DNA from: an uncultured Gemmatimonadales bacterium
GTDB taxonomy: Bacteria > Gemmatimonadota > Gemmatimonadetes > Palauibacterales > Palauibacteraceae
Direction of reading: 5' to 3'
Length of the DNA: 64,000 nt
Assembly (NCBI GenBank): GCA_963783385.1
Contig: CAWANJ010000006.1
Location: forward strand, 416,001 to 480,000
In this document: positions 29,701-36,611 of the stretch, one piece after another
Numbering within the stretch: position 1 is the first letter of the stretch
Layout: the number at the start of each line of letters is the position of its first letter
Translations under genes and position numbers: made by a program
The notes under the pieces: model-generated
Told to the model about the DNA's origin: nothing
The model's database searches: none
The model's input: the letters and a program-made list of their open reading frames with translations, nothing else

Positions 29701-30007
29701 GACGGATCTGGGGACAATTCAGGACAGGTTCAAGGTCTATTGGCTTAAAGCCTTCGTGGCACGTTGCGCGGGAACCGATTCCCCCAGTCTATGGGATGAG
29801 GCTGTGAGCATCGACGAACGCTCAGACAGGGTCGGACACCTGAAATTGCTGTGGCTCCAAACCTTGTTCGCGAGTGACCAGCCGGCCGCAGTCGATCCAA
29901 CAACCGATCCGGCTGGCCGTCGTTTGCTTGACGCTGGCCTGCAATGGTTCGCCTACTTTGCCCGGCGCTGGATGATTCAGGCATCCGGCAACAAGGCACT
30001 CGCCTAA
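26714..30007 (+). CDS. SARP/BTAD-AAA-TPR large transcriptional regulator
   Basis: N-terminal KHLALLVYL..RERLAPLFW..ARHSLSQALY; BTAD (NPLHEEAHRAFMR); MVGR, GEAGIGKTRL, VEDLHWVD, SGNPFF, FPHDL; helical TPR-like C-terminus. Confidence 0.9.
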   Translation: MHTLRCFGRVGVEGAGGEIVRLRSSKHLALLVYLVANPDHEHPRERLAPLFWETERSQARHSLSQALYDIRSNLPELGVRASVNHVAVRRGTVASELDLFEKAVRSSDVARAVELYRGVFVPDLESVATEAFERWVEDERQRLQRLAELAFCRYVTECDDRARWGEMCTVALRLLDMNPLHEEAHRAFMRGMWLQGDQQAALDHFRQVESMLSEELPSGISPETHRLLERIRSSRPDLRRAEPGRPDRPRMVGRRKEFARLKRDLRRLEGGHGGVVVIRGEAGIGKTRLLEEIRELARLHGVSLLESRCFAAETDVSYGPIVNGLYPIARVRAGRSDGGAPTFYQLGVLFPEQFPRSATHGEGELEADAGRRRLYEETAALLRMAADQKPRLWIVEDLHWVDASSASLLHYVSRRLRDHALLVLVSIRSGQDVDEATDSLLHDWCGQSEATCIDLEGLSDAEMAELIEEVRPTELSDPQVDFIRRLASGNPFFALQMASAASDLQEWCPEAISSRHLLTESLETLLGVRLKGLGLEPVRLLETVAVLERHATPFVVARTSSLSTGRVAEIARTLYARGLLHDAEGRLEFPHDLTREYVYGNMGELQRAALHLVAGEVLAGSEEAVSPSTLARHFELGGDRPRAYEYALRAAEQSALGYAHDEAIALSRLAISQATSGEERAAGLRILAESESASGSLTAAESHLKELVDLAVLQPEETIAIKLKIARARVELSQFRSAELMLNEVEGAIQGLQSCSRTGLEAEVLHWRLKSAMMRGDIREADKAVSALETALPILTGSGSHRATAVGLYSLAGHALFTMSIDRAAQYCNQALDVLGDCDADLLLRLKTLNGAILTRSMEWTSASRIFASALAEAKRLNDVRHILALLNNLACCHLEQGSWAEVSTLHATFGRFAAGLSETISSRADIDLNLANSLFYQGQARAAAATLEGLLATARRIGKTSVLLEMEALRGLVYAQLGRRSNMRECHDLIADLSRTDLGTIQDRFKVYWLKAFVARCAGTDSPSLWDEAVSIDERSDRVGHLKLLWLQTLFASDQPAAVDPTTDPAGRRLLDAGLQWFAYFARRWMIQASGNKALA

Positions 30008-30107
30008 ATACGGATGACCGCGGCCGCTCGAGATCGCGACCGGTGAGCAAAACCTCGGCTAGGACTTTGAAGGGGCCTTCGGGAGAGCGCTCCGAACCGA
30101 CGAGGAG

Positions 30108-31451
30108 CTATGACAGCGCGACGGACCTCTGAGGCGGTTCTTCCTCATCTTTGTTCATGCTTGGCTGTATGGCGTCGCTAGTGCTGTCGATGACTTCACC
30201 GAACAAGCCTGTTGCAAGGAAGGACTTCACAATGTGTGGATCAAACTGGGAACCCGTGCACTTGAGTAGTTCCGCCCGGACCACAGCAACTGGCAGCGCA
30301 TCTCGGTAAGGGCGCGCCGTGAGCATAGCGTCGATCGTGTCCGAAACCATAATGATACGGGCTCCAAGAGGGATCTCCTCTCCGGCGAGGCCCGCAGGAT
30401 ACCCGGTGCCATCGAAGCGCTCGTGGTGGTGCCGGACGCAAGCAAGCACCTTGGGGTCCAGTGCGCGAACGGACTGGATGATTTCAACGCCGCGTTCCGG
30501 GTGAGACCGAATGAGCTGTCGTTGGTCGGGTGTCAGCGGACCCTTCTGACGAAGAATGCGACTGAACTCGTTCCCGATCTTCCCAATGTCATGCAGAAGT
30601 GCCGCGGTTTCAATGATTCGAACATGCTTTGCCCGTAGGCCAAGCTGTTCAGCAACGATCTTGGCACGCTCCGCAACCCTGATTGAGTGGCCCGACGTAT
30701 ATGGGTCTTGGGCTTCAAGTGTCTTGACGAGGACCCGTAGAAGATCCCGGTTCAGTTGCTGCAGCTGAATGTTTACGCCGTAGCTGTATCGCAGTCCGAT
30801 AATCGGAACAACAGCAAGAATAAGCGCTAGGACGCCCCACCTTACGTATAGATAGGCTACCGCATACGCAAATGGGCTTACGACGATATCAAAGAGTACA
30901 GTCTTTCCATAGAGCCGTATCCAAATGTCTGTGAATGGCTCTCCTTCGGAAAGCGACATTATGGAACTGACAGCAACGGAGTTAGTGGCAAAGTAGGTCA
31001 CCGCTGCGGCAACAAAGGCTGGAAAGGCCTGCGAGAATGTCAGGACGGAAAGGCTTGGCTCGCCTCCCAGCGCGATATAGACGAAGCCTGCTACGCCAAT
31101 GGACAGTACCGATTGCGCAACATTAAAGGCGACCTTGCGCGGCTGGTTGCGAAAGATAAAGTGCTGAGTGACTAGGCCTGAAACGACGCTCTCGACGAGG
31201 GCGCCTGCCGGACCCAGGAGAATCAGACAGCCGAGTTCCGGCAGGAACTCGAGAGACGCGACCGAACCCGTAGACGTGACCCTAAAAGAAAGGTGAGAGG
31301 CCAGAACGGAAAGGAGGATGAAGAGTGCTAGGGCCAGCATCCAGGAAGCACCAGCATAAGGCTGGAATACCACCAGTATAACGGCTGACATGAGGAAGGC
31401 CGCTAGAACGGTGGTTCCAATGAAGACGCTAATGCGATTGTCGCCAGACAT
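30108..31451 (-). CDS. Membrane-bound HD-GYP phosphodiesterase with multi-TM (MASE9-like) N-terminal sensor
   Basis: About 7 hydrophobic segments, then EAQDPYTSGHS, LHDIGK, HHERFDGTGYP, IPLGARII, DAMLTARPYR, GSQFDP. Catalytic motifs intact. Confidence 0.92.
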   Translation of the reverse strand: MSGDNRISVFIGTTVLAAFLMSAVILVVFQPYAGASWMLALALFILLSVLASHLSFRVTSTGSVASLEFLPELGCLILLGPAGALVESVVSGLVTQHFIFRNQPRKVAFNVAQSVLSIGVAGFVYIALGGEPSLSVLTFSQAFPAFVAAAVTYFATNSVAVSSIMSLSEGEPFTDIWIRLYGKTVLFDIVVSPFAYAVAYLYVRWGVLALILAVVPIIGLRYSYGVNIQLQQLNRDLLRVLVKTLEAQDPYTSGHSIRVAERAKIVAEQLGLRAKHVRIIETAALLHDIGKIGNEFSRILRQKGPLTPDQRQLIRSHPERGVEIIQSVRALDPKVLACVRHHHERFDGTGYPAGLAGEEIPLGARIIMVSDTIDAMLTARPYRDALPVAVVRAELLKCTGSQFDPHIVKSFLATGLFGEVIDSTSDAIQPSMNKDEEEPPQRSVALS

Positions 31452-31459
31452 AGCCCCGC

Positions 31460-31492
31460 GCAAGTTGAGAAGGCCTCCCAGCCTTCAAGCGC
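31460..31492 (-). other. Intercistronic stem-loop between the peptide ORF and the HD-GYP gene
   Basis: Minus strand reads GCGC TTGAAGGC TGGGAG GCCTTC TCAA CTT GCGC: a GAAGGC/GCCTTC core stem with extendable outer pairing. Confidence 0.5.
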
Positions 31493-31558
31493 TTACCAGA
31501 GGATCTTACCGGTCCAGAGAATCTTGCCGGTGAATAAAGCCATTGCCCAAGCAAGCAT
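31493..31558 (-). CDS. 21-aa peptide MLAWAMALFTGKILWTGKILW (candidate signalling-peptide precursor)
   Basis: ATG at 31558, TAA at 31493-31495. SD AAAGGAGGTG (31567-31576) 8 nt upstream. The two TGKILW units differ only at synonymous positions (GGC/GGT, ATT/ATC). Confidence 0.85.
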   Translation of the reverse strand: MLAWAMALFTGKILWTGKILW

Positions 31559-31679
31559 AATAGCTACACCTCCTTTATTGAGAAGTCGTAGCCTTTCGCT
31601 ATCGGCTACGCTTCAGCTTCGCTCGGAGGTTTCGCTCAGCTCGAGCTTTGGCAAGTCACCGTGACTGGGGAGGTTCCCG

Positions 31680-31708
31680 ACAATAATGTGACTCAGCCAA
31701 GAGGGCAA
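31680..31708 (-). promoter_or_regulatory. Putative sigma70-type promoter for the peptide/HD-GYP transcript
   Basis: TTGCCC (31708-31703) - 17 nt - TATTGT (31685-31680) on the minus strand, giving a leader of about 115 nt. Confidence 0.45.
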
Positions 31709-31854
31709 TTTGGCCCATCGTTCAGTCGTCTGCGGCAAACTGCACTGCCTCCGGGCCGCATCGAATGAAGAGCAGGATCTTGGAAACAGTCGATCGGTCG
31801 ATACCTCGGATGCTTCAAAGTCGCGACCGTCGACTGGCCTAGCTTTCTGCCACC

Positions 31855-32589
31855 TCACGGCGATGCCCACCGATTCGTTGCCTGGAGGCACGCAAGCACG
31901 GAGGCCTCCTCGGCGGAGTCGGTGATCAGGCTGATTCCAGTCAAGATGATCGTATTACGACGCTCCTGGCCCTGTATGAGAGCCACGAGCAGATCTCGGC
32001 CGAATGCCTCCATTCGCGCCACGCCTTCGAGTCGTAGCTGGACGTTGTCCAGGGCGGCCTGATTCAGGGCACTCAATACGGCGCGGGCCGCGACTTCGAG
32101 ACGCGAGTGCGAGAAATCGGGTCCTTCCGCGGTACCGCGGAACGACTCCTCGGAGCCCTTGAGCGTCACGTGGCACGCGACCTTGTGTCCCGCGGTCCGC
32201 TCGAGCTCGAGACTCTCGAGGAGAAGACGACGGGAGACATCTCGCGCTGGCTCGACCTCGGGGGCCGTGATCGGAGTGGCGGCATCCGGCGCCCGAGCCC
32301 CGGTGTGCGGGATGTCCGGTCTTCGGATCTGGGCCACGGAGATCTTCCGATGGTCGATCTGAAGTCCGAATTCGGCCAGCAGGGCGGACTCAATGTTTCG
32401 GACGATCTGTTTGGCGCCGACGGATGAGTTGCTGACGACGTGTACCTCGTCGATCCCGCCATGACCGTCGGGGACGATCTTGAGTGAGCCGACTCCCTCG
32501 AGACCGGAGAGGAGCTGTTCGACCTGGCGCAGGCCCCAGGGGTCCATGCCCTCCACTTCGGTGCGCGAATCCTGGGTATCAGGGTTCAT
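31855..32589 (-). CDS. Conserved hypothetical cytoplasmic protein (two domains with Pro/Ala linker)
   Basis: IDEVHVV..KQIVRNIESALLAEFGLQIDHRKISVAQ N-domain; C-domain G.AEG..LEVAARAVLSALN..EEASVLACLQATNR. Overlaps the GGDEF gene stop. Confidence 0.8.
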   Translation of the reverse strand: MNPDTQDSRTEVEGMDPWGLRQVEQLLSGLEGVGSLKIVPDGHGGIDEVHVVSNSSVGAKQIVRNIESALLAEFGLQIDHRKISVAQIRRPDIPHTGARAPDAATPITAPEVEPARDVSRRLLLESLELERTAGHKVACHVTLKGSEESFRGTAEGPDFSHSRLEVAARAVLSALNQAALDNVQLRLEGVARMEAFGRDLLVALIQGQERRNTIILTGISLITDSAEEASVLACLQATNRWASP

Positions 32590-34276
32590 GCTGGGTCAGC
32601 TCCTCGGTGAGGTGAGGATGCACGGTGGCGCCGCCCTGCGCCTTCGCGATGTACAGTGATGAGTCCGCGTCCGCAAAGAGCGCATCGGCCGTGGCGGCCT
32701 TTCCCTCGGCCCCCGAATAATAGGCCAGACCGATGCTCGCTGTCACTCTGATTGTCCCGTTCCGCGTCTCGAGGCTGAGGTGGTCCAGCTCGGTCTGGAT
32801 CTTCCGGGCCACTTCGTAAGACCCCTCCATGTCGGTGTCCACCAGAATGATGGCCAGCTCGTCGCCACCGAATCGCGCGGCGAAGTCGCTCTGTCGCACC
32901 ACGCTCTGCAGCGTGCCGGCTACCGCCCGGAGGACATCGTTACCAGCGGCGTGACCGAAGGTGTCGTTGACGCTCTTGAAGTCGTCGAGATCCACCAGAA
33001 GGAGCCCCAAACCTTCATGATAGCGGTTCGCGCGCGAAAACTCCTCCTGGAGGCGCTCTCGGTACGCTCCGTAGCTGTAGAGTCCGGTGAGGGCATCGTG
33101 GCGAGCATCCCTCAGCGCGCGCTCGTACCGCTGCCCCATCTGGAACGGACAGGTGGCGAGCCGGTCTCCCGGGAAGGGGCCTTTGCCGTTTGCGGCGTCG
33201 ATGACCGCATCGGACGAAGCGAACAGGTCCTGGATGTCCACGCGTGGGAGTCGCGACGGGCCGGGCTCGTGCTCCACGGACAGATCGAAGTCAGCGGGCG
33301 GTTCGATCACGGGGTGCTCTGAGCGCGGCAGGTCGACCAACTCGGCGATCGAGCGCCTCCAGTGCAACTCGACCCTGGGGCCCAGGCCCGGGTGGTCCAG
33401 CGTGCCTTCAAACGGCAGGACATCCAGGAAGCCCAGCCCCGGGTCTCCTTCGCGGAGCAGGCGATCCACGGCGGACAGCTGTTTGAGATCGCGGATCTTT
33501 CGGAAGCGCCGAGATGACAACCGCTGGCTGTCGAGAAGGTCCCGCGGCAGCCCGCCCGGCACCGAGAGATGACGCCGGCGCTCGGCCGGGATCCGGCTGA
33601 GCGTCACGGGCAAGCTCGTCGGGTCGATCCCATGCCGGCGGAACAGCTCCCTGAGTCCGGCGAGCGTCACGAACGGCAGGCGGTCCCGGTCCAGTCGGTT
33701 CCCGCCCTGAGAATCCAGACCAACGTAAACCTGCGGCACATCGTCAAAAACTGCGGACAGGTATCGCGAGAGAGCCACGGCCGGCGTGACCACCGGAGCA
33801 AGGAGCTCGAGGAGGGCAGGGTGGCGGAGCCGGACGTATTCGACGACGACGGGGCTCGTGGATCGAATCCAGGTCCGGCCGTCGTCCCGCTCCTCCCACA
33901 GACGCAGGTACTCGTATGCCACCAGCTCGTCGCCCAGGAGCTCCATGAACACCTGATCGAATCCCAGCTCGAAGCAAGCGTTGAGAAGCTGCTCGGGCGT
34001 GGCGGGATAGAAGAAGATGACGGCTTCGGGCGGGAGAATCAGGAACACCCGCCCGCTTCGCAGACGCTTGTCGGCGGCTTCCACCGAACCGTAGAGATCC
34101 GCCGGGCTTCGTTGAGTGATCGGGACGGAAAAGCCGCACTCGAGGCACGTGCTCCACATGGTCGCGTCGCGACCCTGGGACGTACCCCGGGATCTGTCGC
34201 CTGCGGCGAGCTCGACGCCCGGCGCAGAGGCGGTGCAGAACAGGCAGCGCTCGTCCGCTGAAATGCGTAGGCTCAC
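32579..34276 (-). CDS. Diguanylate cyclase with N-terminal [FeFe]-hydrogenase-large-subunit-like domain
   Basis: C-terminal HDALTGL, DLDDFKSVNDTFGHAAGN, RQSD (I-site) ARFGGDEL. N-terminal LGFDQV..WIRSTSPVVVEYV..HPALLELLAPVVTP resembles the hydrogenase H-domain. CxxC..CxxC at the N-terminus. Confidence 0.8.
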   Translation of the reverse strand: MSLRISADERCLFCTASAPGVELAAGDRSRGTSQGRDATMWSTCLECGFSVPITQRSPADLYGSVEAADKRLRSGRVFLILPPEAVIFFYPATPEQLLNACFELGFDQVFMELLGDELVAYEYLRLWEERDDGRTWIRSTSPVVVEYVRLRHPALLELLAPVVTPAVALSRYLSAVFDDVPQVYVGLDSQGGNRLDRDRLPFVTLAGLRELFRRHGIDPTSLPVTLSRIPAERRRHLSVPGGLPRDLLDSQRLSSRRFRKIRDLKQLSAVDRLLREGDPGLGFLDVLPFEGTLDHPGLGPRVELHWRRSIAELVDLPRSEHPVIEPPADFDLSVEHEPGPSRLPRVDIQDLFASSDAVIDAANGKGPFPGDRLATCPFQMGQRYERALRDARHDALTGLYSYGAYRERLQEEFSRANRYHEGLGLLLVDLDDFKSVNDTFGHAAGNDVLRAVAGTLQSVVRQSDFAARFGGDELAIILVDTDMEGSYEVARKIQTELDHLSLETRNGTIRVTASIGLAYYSGAEGKAATADALFADADSSLYIAKAQGGATVHPHLTEELTQHEP

Positions 34277-34792
34277 AGGGCCTCGACGGCATTCGGCGGA
34301 AGGCGGAACGCCTGCAAGCTACGTCGGCGTTGCTCGTCCGCCAAGGATTCCCTCGGGATCACGGGCATCCTCGTAAGGTCAAGAAGCATACCGATCACCG
34401 ATTCAGAGCCGCGTCCGCGAGACGGGACGTGGGCCGGCCCGTTACAATTTATCTAACGCCCTATGGACACTTGCGTTGCAGACATAGATCGGTGGCCGGG
34501 AACGCGTCCCCAATGTGCCGACGAGCGAACCCTGGAGGGGGCTCGCGTCGCGCTCGACGAGATTCCTTGCACATCGCCACGTCGACCGCCGATCCCGGCC
34601 ACGGAACGGGAACGTGCCCTGGGGGGCCGGAATTCGCCGCTCCGAGGTTGTCAGGCCGGGCCCGCCCCGCCTAGGTTGCGAGCCGTGGGCGGCCCGCCGG
34701 GTGAAGGCGGAACGATCTGGCCAGACACGAGCACCAGGGCATACGGACCCGATATGCGCAGCGCACAGCAGCTGAAGATGCTCTTCATCCGG

Positions 34793-35053
34793 ATGGACGG
34801 TGCGGCCGACAGTCGGAAGGTGGAATTCACCAGCGAGGCGGGGCGACGCTGGGAGGCCGAATTCTGCCTATATGTGGGCACGGACCCGCAGGCGGGCCGG
34901 CTCAAGGTCCTGTTTCGGTGCCTGTCCGACCCCGGCGAACCACAACGCTACAACGAGGCGCCGCCGGGACTCTCGAAGGTGCCGGACGAGGCCGTCCGGC
35001 AGGTGGGGGAGGCGGACCTGTGGGAGCTCCTGGCCACCTCGGTCAAGGTCTGA
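34793..35053 (+). CDS. Small hypothetical protein
   Basis: GC3-biased frame; VEFTSEAGRRWEA..LFRCLSDP..DLWELLATS. Start uncertain (34754, 34778 or 34793). Confidence 0.6.
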   Translation: MDGAADSRKVEFTSEAGRRWEAEFCLYVGTDPQAGRLKVLFRCLSDPGEPQRYNEAPPGLSKVPDEAVRQVGEADLWELLATSVKV

Positions 35054-35058
35054 TCGCG

Positions 35059-35295
35059 ATGCGCAGGACCTTTCACGACGACAGCCTCCGGGAGTGGGAG
35101 GCGTACGTGTCGGGCGGGCAGCCCGAGAGTGACACGACCGCGAGGATCCTCTTTCTGTGCCTCACCGAACCGCGTGAGCGGGCCCGGGTCGTGTCCCACG
35201 AGAGCCGCGACGTGGCCTCCGCTGAGCGTGATCTGCACCGGATGGCGGACGTGGAGCTCCTCGAGCTCCTCGGCACGGCGCGCCCACTCGACTGA
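35059..35295 (+). CDS. Small hypothetical protein, apparent paralog of the preceding gene
   Basis: MRRTFHDDSLREWEAY..ILFLCLTEP..ELLELLGTA; starts 5 nt after the previous stop. Confidence 0.7.
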   Translation: MRRTFHDDSLREWEAYVSGGQPESDTTARILFLCLTEPRERARVVSHESRDVASAERDLHRMADVELLELLGTARPLD

Positions 35296-35333
35296 CGTCA
35301 TCTCCGCTCGACTGAGGTGGCCGAACCGGACGA

Positions 35334-36610
35334 TCACCTCTTCGCGAGGGTGAGCCGGTAGGCGACGATCGTCGTCTGATCGAGCGACCCCTGCAGAAAC
35401 GCCCATACCCGATCCCCGCTGGCGGCCACCAGGCGCGCCCCGTCGGGAGCGTGCAGCTCGCCCAGGTAACGGCCCTGGGGGCCGAACACGTCGAAGGTCC
35501 CTCCAGGCCGTCCGAAGGTCCCATCCGTGCCGTCCAGCGCTCGGGGCCGATCGCGTTCGACCCAGATCCTTCCCTGTGCTCCCACGAAGAGTCGGCCCAC
35601 GCTGGCCGGGGACGTCGGTGCGGGGCTCTTCGCGAGCGCCTCGGACAGATCTGCGTTCGGCGCGGGCCCGGGGCCACCCCGCTCGGCGTCCGTGAACGGA
35701 ACGGGCGGCGCATCTCGGCACACGATGCGTGTGAGGGAGCCGTCGGCCCCGAACTCGGCCAGCCGGTAGCCCGCACCCCACCCGGCCGCGACGACACCTC
35801 CGCGCGGACCGGCGGCGGCCACCAGCCGGGGCCAGCCGGGCGCCGGCCACGTAGAGAAGTGGCCGCCGAGCACGCGCTCGCTGGCAGCGAGGAGCGTGTC
35901 TGCAGAGGATGCTCCTGGCGCCACGCGCAGGAGGACGGCTCGCACGGAGGGTCCGCTCACCGCGCTCCTTCCAGCGGTGGTCGGCCCGCCACCGGTCGAG
36001 ACCGCGGCCGGCGGGATGAGGAAGAGCGTCCCATCGGGACCGAGGCCCTGCCAGCGCAGTCGGCCGCCGGCCACCAGGCGCGCCAGGAGTCGGGGGGCGG
36101 CGCGAAGGGGCGTGCCCGTGGCCTTCCCCTTCCGGAAGAACACCACCCGGCCGCCTCCGACGTCGAGCACGGCCAGCCTTCCAGTTCGGCTCCACGCCGC
36201 GGCCAGGGGATAGCGGTATTCGCCCGGACCCTGGCCCGGTCCGCCCCACGCGCCGGACCACGTGCCGTCCGCGCGCAGCACGAGCACCTGCTGGAGCTGG
36301 AAGTCGGGGACCGCGAGGCGGTCGTGCAGACTCGGCGCGGCGCCCGTCGGCATGGCGAGCGCCTCTCCCTTCCGAAGGCCGCCGGCGCGCCACGCCTCCT
36401 CGAGGGAAGGCGTGAGGTCGTGGGCGGCCCACTCTCCGGGACCGCGGCTCGCGACCACCGGCACTCCTGCCGAGTCGGGCGGGCAGGACGGGTCCCGAGG
36501 CCCGGGACGCCACAGGCGGCGAGGAGCAGCGACAGCAGGATACAGCTGGGAACGAGGCGCGCGGCGGCGTCGGGGCGAGACCGGGCCGGCCGGGCGGCGG
36601 GCCGCGTCAC
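35334..36610 (-). CDS. 6-bladed beta-propeller-like lipoprotein; apparent frameshift near 36500
   Basis: Lipobox LLLAAC in the frame starting at 36610. The body (GGPGQGPGEYRYP, GRIWVER, FDVFGPQGRYLG) is in the frame ending at 35334. Confidence 0.6.
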
Positions 36611-36611
36611 C

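Noticed and set aside
31493-31558. Trp attenuator leader peptide (three Trp codons; trpE is in the window)
   Set aside because: The Trp codons are not tandem, the downstream gene is an HD-GYP rather than a trp gene, trpE is about 10 kb away, and no U-rich terminator follows.
28900-31850. Prophage or IS-borne island
   Set aside because: No integrase, transposase, att-like repeats or tRNA; the GC shift begins inside an intact ORF.
31560-31850. c-di-GMP-I/II riboswitch upstream of the HD-GYP operon
   Set aside because: The conserved GGCAAAC..GAAA..GACGCAAA pattern or class II signature was not found by eye; left as an unassigned structured leader.
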